DNA of 63,889 bases, filler included, from Octopus bimaculoides (GCF_001194135.2; 6 parts of 6 records of this genome joined end to end with filler, not necessarily neighbours in it); one strand, 5' to 3'; shown: positions 37,471-49,897, counted from the first letter of the whole stretch. Made by a program: numbers and translations. The notes: a model not told the origin generated them from the sequence alone.

Positions 37471-38469
37471 TACTATCTCTTAAATCTAAAGTCCAGTTAA
37501 ACAAAAAGCAAGCTACATAACCTAGAACCTTGTGTTGGAAGAGGTTTGTAGTTTTATAAAAAGCAGTTTTATAATGAGTTTTAAACAGTAATTTATATAA
37601 TCTTGTTTTGGATATTTTATTATGAATTACTAGATTGTCCTAGTCATAACTTTAAAATACATCCAGTAGAGGGCCACTATTGTTCCCAGGTCTTCTTTGA
37701 TCTGAAGTAGTAGTACCTACTTGTGTCCCAGCTAAGATTAATTAGCATGTCATGGAATTACAGACACTCAAATAGACCCAAGGCTGATGAGGTCTTTCAG
37801 CTCTTTAACTGTTCATCTAAGGGAAGGTAACTCCATACAGATCTTGCAAACTGATAACTACTGGACTTGTTGCACTTGTACCAGACCAATCCAAGTTTGA
37901 AGGACATGAGTGTTGTCTGGTTTTGCACGAACCAAGCCCATAATAATAATATTCATCATGCAGATTGTTCAACAAACCGAGACATCAGCATTAGCATTGT
38001 CACACTTTCTTCATGAGTCCAGCAGCAATAGGGAAAGATGTAACTGGGATAGGTTGAGGATACTACTAAAAGTATGCAGCTTTGACCCTGCATATGGGCA
38101 GCCATAGGGTGATGGTTGTTTTCTAGTCTTACACCATGGGGCTGTGCCTTGCTGAACCCTCATTCATTAAAGCAATGAGAGTTCATAATTGCTTAATAAG
38201 GAAAGAAATGATTGGATGGTCAAGACTGGAGCATCTTTGATTTTAGGTCAACTCGTTCATGGTTGATCTCAGATAAAACTATTACTACTCCTACAACAGT
38301 GGTTCCCAAAGGCTTGACTTTTTCACTACTCCACACACTCCATATGTTCTCGCTCAATCATTGCTAGACAGCCCAAATCGTCATCATCATCATCAACATA
38401 ATCACCAACTTTATAGAAACCACTGTTGCTTCAAAAAACATCAATAATTTGGAAAATCAAAGAAATAAA

Positions 38470-38930
38470 AAACCTCGAAGATTTTAAGTTTATTTATAGT
38501 AAACAGATCTGGCGTCACATAAAAAGCAACCACGCTGATACCACATACAAAGCACCTGTTGTTGGTGCTGCATAAAAAGCTCTTGTGCTGGTGCCACATA
38601 AAAAGCACCCTTGCCGATGGCATGTAAAAAACACCATTCAAGTGTGGTCGATGCCAGTGCCACCTGACTAGCTCCTGTGCCGGTGGCACATAAAAAGCAC
38701 CATTCGAGCATGGGTGATGTTAGTGCCGCCTGACTGGACCCCCAGCTAGTGGCATGTAAAAAGCACCCACTACACTCTTGGAGTGTTTGGTGTTAGGAAG
38801 GGCATCCAGCTGTAGAAACCATGCCAGATCAGATTGGAACCTCGTGCAGCCTCCTGGCTTGCCAGTCCTCAGTTAAACCGTCCAACTCATGCCAGCATGG
38901 AAAGCGGATGTTAAACTATGATAAGCTGAT
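38470..38930 (-). mobile_element. SINE family B, reverse orientation, with 66-bp units
   Basis: ggtgttaggaagggcatccagctgtagaaacc...catgccagcatggaaagcggatgttaaac is the family B body reversed. Confidence 0.85.
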
Positions 38931-39064
38931 GATGAGAATAAATAAAACAATCATAACTAGGAATTGAACCTTGAGCATAAATGTATATCACTGGCAACTC
39001 TTCTTCCAATTACATGTAATAGTAGTGGTGTGGTACTAACTAACTATATCCAGTTCTAATTTAT

Positions 39065-39262
39065 TGGTTTCAAATTTTGGCACAAGGCCAGCAATTCATT
39101 TTTTGGAGAGGATGACGTCAATTACTTCGGTCTCCAGTGTACAACTGGTACTTTTTTAAATCAACCCTGAAAGAACAAAAGGCAAAGTCGACTTTGGTGG
39201 AATTTGAACTCAGAATGTAAAGTGCTGCTAAACATTAGCCCTGTGTGCAAATGATTCTACTA
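39065..39262 (-). mobile_element. SINE family C copy
   Basis: ggtttcaaattttggcacaaggccagcaatt...ggcaaagtcgactttggtggaatttgaactcagaatgtaaag. Confidence 0.8.
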
Positions 39263-39374
39263 ACTTGTCGCCTTATCCACAATTCTAATTTAATTTGATT
39301 AGGAACAATACTAATTTTAAAAATAGGTGTATGGTCAATTGAATATGTTTTTACCCATAAGTATATTATAGAAG

Positions 39375-39663
39375 CAGTGGCAAACTGGGTCTAAGAGTAT
39401 TGGTTGTCAGGAGACTAAGGGGTCCCACTCGCAACTACAATACTATCATTTAATGTTTTTTTTTTGTTAAAAATATTCTTTTCAACTGTCTACAAACACA
39501 GTCAGGCTGAAATAATTAATACATTTTTCCAGGAGTGAATAAAAAACTTGAGGGGATGGGCCCTTTAGATACTAACATGAGCCCCCCCCCCATATATGGA
39601 TTCTAATGTTGCAGGGGCCCACTTGCCATCGGGCAAACTGGTAACCTGACCAGTCCACCACTC
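39375..39663. mobile_element. 289-bp hAT-type MITE
   Basis: 8-bp TSD TATAGAAG (39367-39374 and 39664-39671). Imperfect TIRs cagtggcaaactgg / ccagtccaccactc. Confidence 0.75.
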
Positions 39664-40649
39664 TATAGAAGTATATTATAGAAGTCATATCTCTGCCAGA
39701 AATCATATCCTATTGTTAAAAAATAATTGAATACTGTAATCCTAGATTCACTAGGTCTGAATAAAAATAACAAAAGCAAGCAAAAAAGACTGGATAGTGA
39801 TGGCCGATATTCATTTGATTATAGGTCCGTATGATTAAGGCTGATTTTAGATAACAGAGTGACATCAACTGTGTTTGGAATTGAACTTAGAATGGCAAGT
39901 TCCAAATTTGCTACTATAATTATCCTCTCCAACGTCTGCACTGCTCTTCTTTAACACACTGCCATCGAACTTAAGCATAAGCTTGTATAACGGAAGTTAA
40001 TAATGTCTTCTAACTTGGAGTTGAAACTGGCTTGGCTTGCTCTAAATCTCACCATTTGAATTGTAATAATAAAAAAAAGATAAAAAAAGAAAATAAAACG
40101 TCAACGTTTGCTGTTTATTAAAAGTTTAATTGTAAACTTTAAAATTCCGTCTTTCCAGCTATGATCAACCTATATATTTAGTGTTGTATACTTACAATTT
40201 CGTTTCAACACTTAGATCCTTTTCCCTTTTATTAAATACCCCTTTAACGACGATTAAGTCTTTTTGTATATGTCTATCTAACTTAAAAGAAACCTTTATC
40301 TTTTCATTGTTTGGTCTGCTGCTACGTCGATTTGTATTTTAAATAAACTGCATTGCTATTCTAGAACATATATCCTAATATTGTTTTATATGTATATTTC
40401 CTGAATAATACTGGTATGTATATCTATTTAGATTTTCCTATTCTTTTGCAAGTTTCCCGAGTGATATGTGGCCAACTGCTATCAATTTACTGTTGTCACT
40501 TGTTGAACTACTTGGCTGATTTTGTTACTCACCTGTCCTTACCTGAAGATAACAAGCATAAACAATATAGTGACTTCAAAAGTAGGTAGGTAGCCAGTCT
40601 GACTGCCTGATCGTTGTTAGTTTCCTGTGTGTCTCGTCAGAGCAAGCAG

Positions 40650-40664
40650 CCAATCGTATATAAG
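40650..40664 (+). promoter_or_regulatory. Candidate core promoter of claudin-like exon B (CCAAT and TATA boxes)
   Basis: agCCAATcg-TATATAAG about 140 nt upstream of the ATG at 40803. Confidence 0.45.
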
Positions 40665-40802
40665 GCGGCCATCAAAGCAATTATATTATATCGACAATAA
40701 CTTGAGGTTAATTTTCACCTCAAATATATTAAATATATGTAGTATTGATCAACGTAGGAACATTTACTCGTCGATAAGAGAGACGTTCGATATTGTTTAA
40801 AC

Positions 40803-41058
40803 ATGTCGAGTTCTCGAATGTTTATATATGGCTTTTCCTTGAGCGGTATAGCCCTTTTTTGTATGGTGATAGCTTTCTCCAGTCCAAACTGGTTGGAATC
40901 TTTCGAACAAGCCAACAATAAATTCGTGAAACTCGGCCTTTGGGAAACTTGTTTCAATGATTATACATTTTATCAAGACTACCAAGGAAAACGCTATAAA
41001 GGTTGCTGGTATATTTTCTCCTACGAATATAGACCGATCTGGGAGTGGCTGTCACCTC
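40803..41058 (+). CDS. Claudin-like (PMP22/EMP/claudin superfamily) coding exon B: N-terminus, TM1 and extracellular loop 1 (85 codons + 1 nt)
   Basis: MSSSRMFIYGFSLSGIALFCMVIAFSSPNW...GLWETC-x17-CWYIFSYEYRPIWEWLSP resembles Drosophila Sinuous/Kune-kune/Megatrachea-type claudins. Ends CCT C|GTAAGT (phase 1). Confidence 0.92.
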
Positions 41059-42000
41059 GTAAGTTCATAACTTTCCTTCCTCTCTTCTTAAATTCTTTCT
41101 ATAGTTGCTCACGTATTAACGAAAATTAGGTCGACAAAGATATGATCTTATTGTGTCGACCGTTTTATTCTATGTTGCACTATTTCAAAATTTCGTTTTC
41201 ATGTGGTATTCTTTTCTGTATAGATACAAAAAAACATGAAATAGTAAAGTATAATTAACTAACCGTCAAGTTAATAAATTTCTTAGAAATTGGTGTCACG
41301 TTAGTTACCTGTTTACACCTTTAATTAATCATTACCAAAATATGGCGATATGTGAAACTTTGAAATTAGTTTAGTTATAAACAACGGTCATTAAGTTATT
41401 TTCCGATAGTAAAGCATAGAACTTTCTCAAGATTAGTAGATTTTAAATACGTTCGTTTGTTAATTTGTATTTTTAAATATATTTTCCTTCTGTATCTTGG
41501 GAAAATATTGTCACCACGCATTGATCCAATTTAGTTATGTATTAAAACGACAAGTATTAGATTAAATGTGTGTTTATGAATTGTTTAATTTCACCTGTAA
41601 TTAAAATTGTAACACAAGAAATGGCGATTATATTTATTATGATACAGGTAAGACAATAGACTATCAAATAACTCGTAATTTATTATCGACAATTCGTTAT
41701 TAAAAATATCTATCAACAGGTGATTTATTACCTCTGTAACTTAACGACAAGGGCTGTGACGGTTATAATTTTCTAAAACACTTGGAAAATGGAAAAATAA
41801 ATAAGACTGTGCGACGAACTTCGCAATGTTGGCTTATATCTATAGATTTTGCACGGATACGTGGGTGTTAGGATTTATATTTTACTAACCGAAATTAACT
41901 TTGGTTAATAATTGTTTAAGAGTGTTTAGCTTACACAGACTTTGTAGTGTGTTTTATGTGTGTGCGTGTCCGCGTTATTAGGCATATACACAAACACACA

Positions 42001-43250
42001 CACAGGGTGCGTAAGATATTTGAGGACAGATTTATGTTTATAAAAAAAAAACATATAATAATAGATAACTTTATTTATCAAAAAATGCTATGAGAATAAA
42101 AATAAACCTTTTCTATAATGTTATTCAATAAAGCCATCTTCAGCGTCAACAACTGCTTCTATACGAGATCTAAATCATCTACATGCTCGAATCAAGTGGT
42201 TCTGGTTCATTCTGGACATTACCTTGACTATGGTAGCTTCCAAAGAATCTTTGGTGTTATGGGCGTGTTCATTGACCTCTCTCTCAACATCACTGGACAT
42301 GTAATAATCCAATGGATTGAGATCTGGGGAATTAGGAGGCCAAATGTTAGGAGTTGTGTGATCATGAAAATTTTCAGTCATTCCTGTGTTACTAGAGCCA
42401 TGTGTAATAGGGCAGAGTCTCAGTGGAACAGATATGGCCTTCCATTGCATACACTGTCTATCCAGGGCTTAACAATTATTTCCAGGACCTCAATGTAGGC
42501 AGCAGAGTTAACTCTAAGGCCTTGTGGAAAGAAGTAAGGGGGTATCACATGTCTTTCATTGCTGACAACCCCTAAAACCATGACATTTGCAAGACATTTT
42601 GCATGCATAACACTTGGAACTGCAGAAGGGCCTGCACATAACCATTTGTCATTTCTTCTGTTAACTTTTTGATCTTGGTTGAAGTTTTTCTTGTTTAAGA
42701 AAAACCAAATCAAATCTTCTTCTGCTGGATATTTCAGTTTGTTCAAGAACCTTTTAGATCTGATGTAGTGACTTTCTTTTGCTTTTTCTGACAAATTGAC
42801 CTTTCCTCATCACATAAGACATCATTTGATGTCTTCATGGACAACATTTCTGACTGTTCCTTCTGACACATGGAGATCTTTTGCAATTGACCTCATGGAC
42901 TTCCTGGGATTGTAATCATTGGTCTGTTGAACTTTCTGGATAAATTTAGGTGTTCTGATGACTTCAGAGCATTTAGGATGCTTTTTATGCTTTGATACTG
43001 GTGATACGTTTCCATCTTCAATCTCTGGCTCCGTAAAAACTTTGTAGACGAAAGATCTGGCAACTTTTAAAAATTGAGATATTTCTAAATCACTATACTC
43101 AGTTTTTGTAACCACAATAACAGCATGCCTCTTCACTTCTAGAGTAAGCTGAGGGTCTGCCATTATTGTTTTCTGAAACAAAGATTATATTGAGTTAGCA
43201 AAAAATGCAGCAATGACCTCAAAAAGGTGTCCTCAAATACCTTACACACC

Positions 43251-43255
<5 letters not shown>
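42001..43255 (-). mobile_element. Full-length, defective maT-like (DD37D) Tc1/mariner element
   Basis: 28-bp TIRs (cacagggtgcgtaagatatttgaggaca) match 26/28. Three broken ORFs cover the transposase: HTH region, FH*DSA and WPPNSPDLNPLDY. The D-D spacer is ~37 after repairing a small deletion. Confidence 0.9.
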
Positions 43256-43288
<33 letters not shown>

Positions 43289-43504
43289 TTATTTATTTAT
43301 ATGTATATATAAATATTGTATAAAAGATTGTGGGTAAGGCCAGAACAATGCGAAGTAAATGCAAGGCATATCACAAGAAAACAAATATATGAATTAATGT
43401 AGACTTACCTTGCATTCAATATTTTGGGGTTATGACCCCGTTTTCAAGAAATCAATGAATGTTGCCGATGTGCATGTGTGTGAGCATATGAAATAATTAT
43501 TAGG

Positions 43505-44180
43505 GCACCAAGCTGAAAGAACCCTCAGAGCGTCAAGCATAATATTTTGTTGGGTCTTTACATTCTGAGTTCAAATCCTGACGAGGTAACATTGTCATTT
43601 GTCATTCCAGGTCAATAAAATGAAGTACCAATCAAGTCCTGGGTTGATAGTATCGACTAATTCTCTCACTTCAAAATTTATGGCATTGTGCCTATTGTAG
43701 AAAGGGTTATTATTATTATTATTATTAAAGTAGCGAGCTAGCAGAATCGTTAGCACGCCGGGCAAAATGCTTAGTGGCATTTTGTCCATCTTTACGTTCT
43801 GAGCTCAAATACCGCTGGGATCGATTTTTGCCTTTCATCTTTTCAGGGGTCGATAAAATAAGTACCAGTTGAGTACTGGGCTGTTGTAATCAACTTACGC
43901 CCTCCCCACAAATTTTCAGTCCTTGTGCCTATAGTTGAAAGGATTATTATTATCATTATTATTATTATTATTAAGGCAGCGAGCTGGCAGAATTGTTAGC
44001 ATGCCAGGCATAATGCTTAGCGGCATTTTGTCTATATTTACATTCTGAGTTCAAATTCTATTGTGGTTGACTTTGCCTTTCAGGCTCAATAATATAAAGT
44101 ACCAGCTGAGCACTTGGCCAATGTAATTCTCTTAGACCCTCCCCCAAAATTGCTGGCCTTGTGCCAAAATTTGAACCATT
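43505..44180 (+). mobile_element. Three head-to-tail SINE family C copies separated by (ATT)n
   Basis: Copies at about 43505-43708, 43728-43945 and 43972-44180. Confidence 0.85.
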
Positions 44181-44263
44181 GTTATTTTGAAGCTAAAGCA
44201 ACATACCTATACAAGTGTGAACCGTTTCAGAAAAATGGGTATTCTTAATGAGATTTTCTAAGA

Positions 44264-44606
44264 ATGGAAACCTGCCACTTCAGGAAACCTGCCAGTCACC
44301 TAGTCACCTACCGATCCGGCAGACACTCTAGCCAAATCGACTACATCCTCGCCAGAAATAGGGAAAGAGGGCGGCTTATAAATGCCAAAACCTACCCTGG
44401 CGAAGAATGTACCCCACAACATAGATTAGTAGTTAGCGACTTTGGGATCAAGGCAAAATGGGTGCCCAGAATTAGACAGGCTTGGAGGAGAAGGGTGTGG
44501 AAGCTTAAAGACCCTGCAAACGGACAGAGACTTAGAGACAAGTTACTTGAAGCATTTAACGAAATAGAAGGGGATATAGCATCATACAACGTGGAAGACA
44601 ATTGGA
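44264..44606 (+). mobile_element. RTE-clade LINE ORF2 fragment (AP-endonuclease C-terminus), running into a gap
   Basis: HFRKPASHLVTYRSGRHSSQIDYIL...GEECTPQHRLVVSDF; no stops up to the N gap. Confidence 0.9.
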
Positions 44607-44974
44607 NNNNNNNNNNNNNNNNNNNNNNNNNNNNNNNNNNNNNNNNNNNNTTAATTAATTAANNNNNNNNNNNNNNNNNNNNNNNNNNNNNNNNNNNNNN
44701 NNNNNNTATATTTATCTACATTCAGATTTTTATACATATTGATATTTATATTTCGTATATTTATATTTTAAATTTTAAATTTATTATGTTGCCGCGTCAT
44801 ATTGGATGTATGTCTTTCGAAATATTAAATATTGATTTCCTGAGTATATTATTGATAAGTTTATGAATTTATTAATAATATAAAAACACATATATACACA
44901 TTTATTTGCTCAAAATAATTGAGCACTCAATATAAGTTCAGTTATATATTCTTTTAGAATATTACTTATAAAAG

Positions 44975-45015
<41 letters not shown>

Positions 45016-45016
<1 letters not shown>

Positions 45017-45400
45017 ACTCTTTTACTCTTTTACTTGTTTCAGTCATTTGACTGTGGCCATGCTGGAGCACCACCTTTAGGACTTATTCTTTATAAGCCT
45101 AGTACTTATTCTATCGGTTTCTTATGCCGAACCGCTAGGTTACGGGGACGTAAACACACCAGCATCGGTTGTCAAGTGATATTGGGTGGACAAAGATAGA
45201 CACACAGACATATACACACACAAATACATAAATATATACATATATACGACGGGCTTCTTTCAGTTTCCGTCTACCAAATCCACTCACAAGGCTTTGGTCG
45301 GCCTGAGGCTATAGTAGAAGACACTTGCCCAAGGTGCCACGCAGTGGCAATGAACCCTGAACCATGTGGCTGGTAAGCAAGCTACTTACCACACAGCCAT
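45016..45400 (-). mobile_element. SINE family A, full-length and apparently young
   Basis: Complete tail (tactcttttac...catgctggagcacc...ccgctaggttacggggacgtaaacacacc) and reversed tRNA-like head. Confidence 0.9.
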
Positions 45401-45862
45401 TATATTTATTTATATTTATATTTGTCGATAAATCTGAAAAAAAAACACTAAAAGGTTTTTTTTATTTTTTGAGCAGTAATATTTTATGTAATATTTTATG
45501 TAGTCGTTGAGCCACAGGTACACGTGTAGGACCTCAGCGACGGCAGCGATACCATTAATAGCAACAACAGCAGCACCAACAACGTAGGGACATATACACG
45601 AAAATATGTTGGAGCAATGGAGGGCTACTTTAAGCTGGGGCTAATTAACCACAGGTCCTCTTTTAGGTACCTAGAAAGGTGCAAAGTTATGGTATTGGTC
45701 AACTACACATGGCATTTAAAAGAAGAGAGAAAGTCATACAGGATTAAATTGAAGCTCTTGTGCCAACGGAAAGAGATGATGCAAACTTCGTATGCGCGCG
45801 CGCGTGTGTATATACGTATGTGTGTATGTATGTATGTATGTATGTATTCTTTTATTCTTTCA

Positions 45863-46038
45863 TTTGTTTCAGTCATTTGACTGCGGCTATGCTGGAGCAC
45901 CGCCTTTAGTCGAACACATCGACCCCAGGACTTATTCTTTGTAAGCTTAGTACTTATTCTATCGGTCTCTCTTGCCGAACCGCAAAGTTATGGGGACATA
46001 AACTCACCAGTATCGGTTGTCAAGCGATGGGGGGGAGA

Positions 46039-46045
<7 letters not shown>
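45863..46045 (-). mobile_element. SINE family A tail half
   Basis: Near-identical to 45036-45200; runs into (CA)n and a gap. Confidence 0.85.
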
Positions 46046-46074
<29 letters not shown>

Positions 46075-46334
46075 NNNNNNNNNNNNNNNNNNNNNNNNNN
46101 NNNNNNNNNNNNNNNNNNNNNNNNNNNNNNNNNNNNNNNNNNNNNNNNNNNNNNNNNNNNNNNNNNNNNNNNNNNNNNNNNNNNNNNNNNNNNNNNNNNN
46201 NNNNNNNNNNNNNNNNNNNNNNNNNNNNNNNNNNNNNNNNNNNNNNNNNNNNNNNNNNNNNNNNNNNNNNNNNNNNNNNNNNNNNNNTTGGGAAACAAAA
46301 GGATGTGTTTATTATTTTTATATATTTAAGCTTT

Positions 46335-46790
46335 TATAAACATTCCCCTCACTCTCCGGAGTACCCATGTCTTCTCCTTTTTTGCGGGTGAGGAACATAG
46401 TGATGAGCAGTTGTTAGCGCTGCCTCTTCTTCTATGTAAAGAGGTTTTTATAATCCTTCATCTCCGTCGATTGTATTTCTGAACTGCAACGCACGAATCA
46501 TCTGGGGTTCCCAATCTTCCGCCAAAAGAACTTCAGAGAACTGAAGTTCTTTTGCCGTTTTTGCTAGAGTTGAGAAGCGTTCTAGTGATAGGCCGACTAC
46601 TTCCCCCTGGATCCTCATGTTCCTCTTCTTTTTCCTCACTTGCTGATTTCGTCATCTCTGTCAGATTTTCATCCGTTAACAGATCTGACTGATCCTCGAC
46701 CACGTTATTAACGTCCTCAGTAGTCACATCGGTGAAGCCATCTCTTCCTAGCGATTTTGCCAGCTTCACTTGGCAAATTCACAAGATTCA
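46335..46790 (-). mobile_element. Tigger/pogo-like transposase C-terminal relic
   Basis: KLAKSLGRDGFTDVTTEDV...LTDENLTEMTKSASEE / GLSLERF..LAKTAKELQ..AEDWEPQMIRALQFRNTID / YKNLFT*KKRQR*QLLITMFL resembles the TIGD1-type C-terminus. Confidence 0.8.
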
Positions 46791-47507
46791 CACGATCCGA
46801 GTTTTTCCCTCGTAACTCTGAGGAAAATGGATGTCTTTTAATGAAATTGTATATAAATATCTTTTAAACAGCATGCGTTACGGATGCCTAATGTGCCACA
46901 AACCCCTTATTTTTCTTCGGAAAAAGCGGAATTATTGGAAAATGCTTTTTCTTTTCTCGATGAATGAATTACGGTGACCTAATATGCCACAAAACACTTT
47001 TTTGTCCGGAAAACGGGGGCTGTTTCTTTCTTTAAAATTTCGTTAAATTTTTACAAGTGCACATTTATAAACATTAGTGGTAACGAAGTCTGGACAAGAG
47101 ATAGAAAGAATGATACAAAATTCTTATAAAAACCACGTTAGTGTTTGTGTGTGTGGGAAACAAATTATTATATTAAAACAAAAGATCTTTTACATACCTC
47201 TTAAAAATCACTAGTTTTCAAATGGTATCCAATGATTTTACTTTCCTTTAGCAATTTTTCGTGCCGAAATTTTAATCTGGTAAACTAATACGTTTCAATT
47301 TTGTGTGGAGAGAGGGAAAGAGAGACACATATTTTCATGTAATATTCTTTGTATAGCTAAACTTCCAGTGGCATAGCAATGTGATGGCTCAAATGGAGTG
47401 AGTGAGTGATTTTATATATATGTGTGTATGTGTGTGTGTCTGTGCATCAGTGTGTATCTGTGTGTATATATAATTTCAAAATAAACAACAGGATATCAAG
47501 AAGTGAG

Positions 47508-47592
47508 GCAGTACGACCGCTTCAAGCGGCTCTATTTAATTGAACAATGCAATCATGACATCAATTTAAATGCAGGGCTATCATCAGCTGCA
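47508..47592 (-). ncRNA. Second copy of the 20661 hammerhead-like motif, with a core substitution
   Basis: UGCAG-CUGAUGA-stem II-GAAG (instead of GAAA)-CGGUCG-UA-CUGC; aligns along its length with 20661-20748. Confidence 0.5.
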
Positions 47593-47632
47593 CAAATAAA
47601 TAAATAGAATTTTAATCAGTCGGACACATTAG

Positions 47633-47691
<59 letters not shown>

Positions 47692-48639
47692 NNNNNNNNN
47701 NNNNNNNNNNNNNNNNNNNNNNNNNNNNNNNNNNNNNNNNNNNNNNNNNNNNNNNNNNNNNNNNNNNNNNNNNNNNNNNNNNNNNNNNNNNNNNNNNNNN
47801 NNNNNNNNNNNNNNNNNNNNNNNNNNNNNNNNNNNNNNNNNNNNNNNNNNNNNNNNNNNNNNNNNNNNNNNNNNNNNNNNNNNNNNNNNNNNNNNNNNNN
47901 NNNNNNNNNNNNNNNNNNNNNNNNNNNNNNNNNNNNNNNNNNNNNNNNNNNNNNNNNNNNNNNNNNNNNNNNNNNNNNNNNNNNNNNNNNNNNNNNNNNN
48001 NNNNNNNNNNNNNNNNNNNNNNNNNNNNNNNNNNNNNNNNNNNNNNNNNNNNNNNNNNNNNNNNNNNNNNNNNNNNNNNNNNNNNNNNNNNNNNNNNNNN
48101 NNNNNNNNNNNNNNNNNNNNNNNNNNNNNNNNNNNNNNNNNNNNNNNNNNNNNNNATACAAATGTAGAGCAAGAGGTAAAAACAACAGCAATAAAAAATA
48201 AAATTGAAATCAAAATATAAATAAAAATAAAAATAAAAATAAAAATAAGGGTACAGCAGGAAAAAAAAAAAAAAATAATAATAATAATAATAATAAAGAA
48301 TACATAAATGAAGGTATAGCATGTGGGACATGCAAAAATATAAAAAAGATATATGTAAAAAAAAACCCTTAGAAATACAAGGCACCCCAAAAGCCCACAA
48401 ACACTATAGATAGGTCGCTATAGGCACTCCAATGCACATCTATATGTGTGGGTTCGTGTGCACAGCCTTACTCGGATGTCCCCTTTACTGTAGGAAGAAG
48501 GCAGTTAGGATTAAAAGCTTCCCCGGGCTGCCTCCACATATAAACTCGCCCTGCAGTGGGGAAAAGAGAAAACTGGACTGGTCGGAGAATATTACTTGCT
48601 TCTATTGGTCTGTCGGCCAGCCCTTGTGATCTCTGCACC

Positions 48640-49190
48640 AGTTCAGCATTTTCTGAATGTTTTGATGTGAAAGCAGAGCTATTATCTACTGATGTCGCAT
48701 GATGTTGTAGTTAGGACACTCTATAATGAAATCCGTCGGAAGGATAACCTCGAAGACAAAGAAATAAAAACCCAAAGTATGGTAGAAGCCATAACCACTC
48801 ATGATAAAAAGGAGTACTGGTGGAATGTCCCAGTGAAGACCTCAATAAAATATAAGCACGACATGCCTGATATAATTATTTGGGATAGAGAAGAGAAATT
48901 GTGTACAGTTGTGGAAATTAGCTGCCCAGCGGATGTTAACACAAAGCTGAAGATCAGTGAAAAAGAGAATACCTACGCTGAACTATTGAGAAATCTGCAG
49001 TTACTCTATCCAGATTACAAGTTCAGGTTTATGCCTGTAATTATTGGGGCCCTGGGATATATAACATACTGCCTAAATACTAATTTTGAGAAACTGGCTT
49101 CTCAAAACCAGAAAGGAGAAAGCTAATTCGAAGACACTGCTTTTTGCTGAAGTTATCTTGGGTGAGAAACCAAGCCCCTACTAGTGGGTG
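48640..49190 (+). mobile_element. R4/Dong-like non-LTR retrotransposon 3' fragment (restriction-like endonuclease domain)
   Basis: HDVVVRTLYNEI...PDIIIWDREEKLCTVVEISCPADVN...EKENTYAEL...PVIIGALG, a PD-(D/E)xK-type RLE signature. Confidence 0.88.
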
Positions 49191-49897
49191 NNNNNNNNNN
49201 NNNNNNNNNNNNNNNNNNNNNNNNNNNNNNNNNNNNNNNNNNNNNNNNNNNNNNNNNNNNNNNNNNNNNNNNNNNNNNNNNNNNNNNNNNNNNNNNNNNN
49301 NNNNNNNNNNNNNNNNNNNNNNNNNNNNNNNNNNNNNNNNNNNNNNNNNNNNNNNNNNNNNNNNNNNNNNNNNNNNNNNNNNNNNNNNNNNNNNNNNNNN
49401 NNNNNNNNNNNNNNNNNNNNNNNNNNNNNNNNNNNNNNNNNNNNNNNNNNNNNNNNTATATATACATATACATATACATATATACCCATTAATGCGGTGT
49501 TGAGCACGTGTGTGTGTGCGCGCGCGTGTATCCCACCACCCTTGGCTGCAAATATATTTTTAACAGATCTCGGTCAGAAGTAGCGTGCATGTGGTTGAGT
49601 ATTCAAGGTATGAGTTAGCTTAATGCAATTCTCAGACGGAAGCAGTGTGACACGGTTTTATAGGTCTGAATCTTTGAATGACAAGTACAATCCACCCGAC
49701 AGACTTCTATACTGTTTCTGCCAAGCCAACTTCATTCATGTATGGGCTGTCCTGGGGCTAAAGTAAATGACATTTGCCCATATGCCACGTAGTAGAATCG
49801 AACCATGGACTCCATAATTGTAAAGCGGATTTTATATCATTCTGCTATACTGCACCTACATTATTATTGGTACCGTATCGATCTATTGACGCTTTTA

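Noticed and set aside
46878-47020. Two diverged copies of ttacgg..cctaat.tgccacaaa..cggaaaa at a 91-nt period
   Set aside because: Most likely a subterminal repeat of a decayed DNA transposon; nothing further could be supported.
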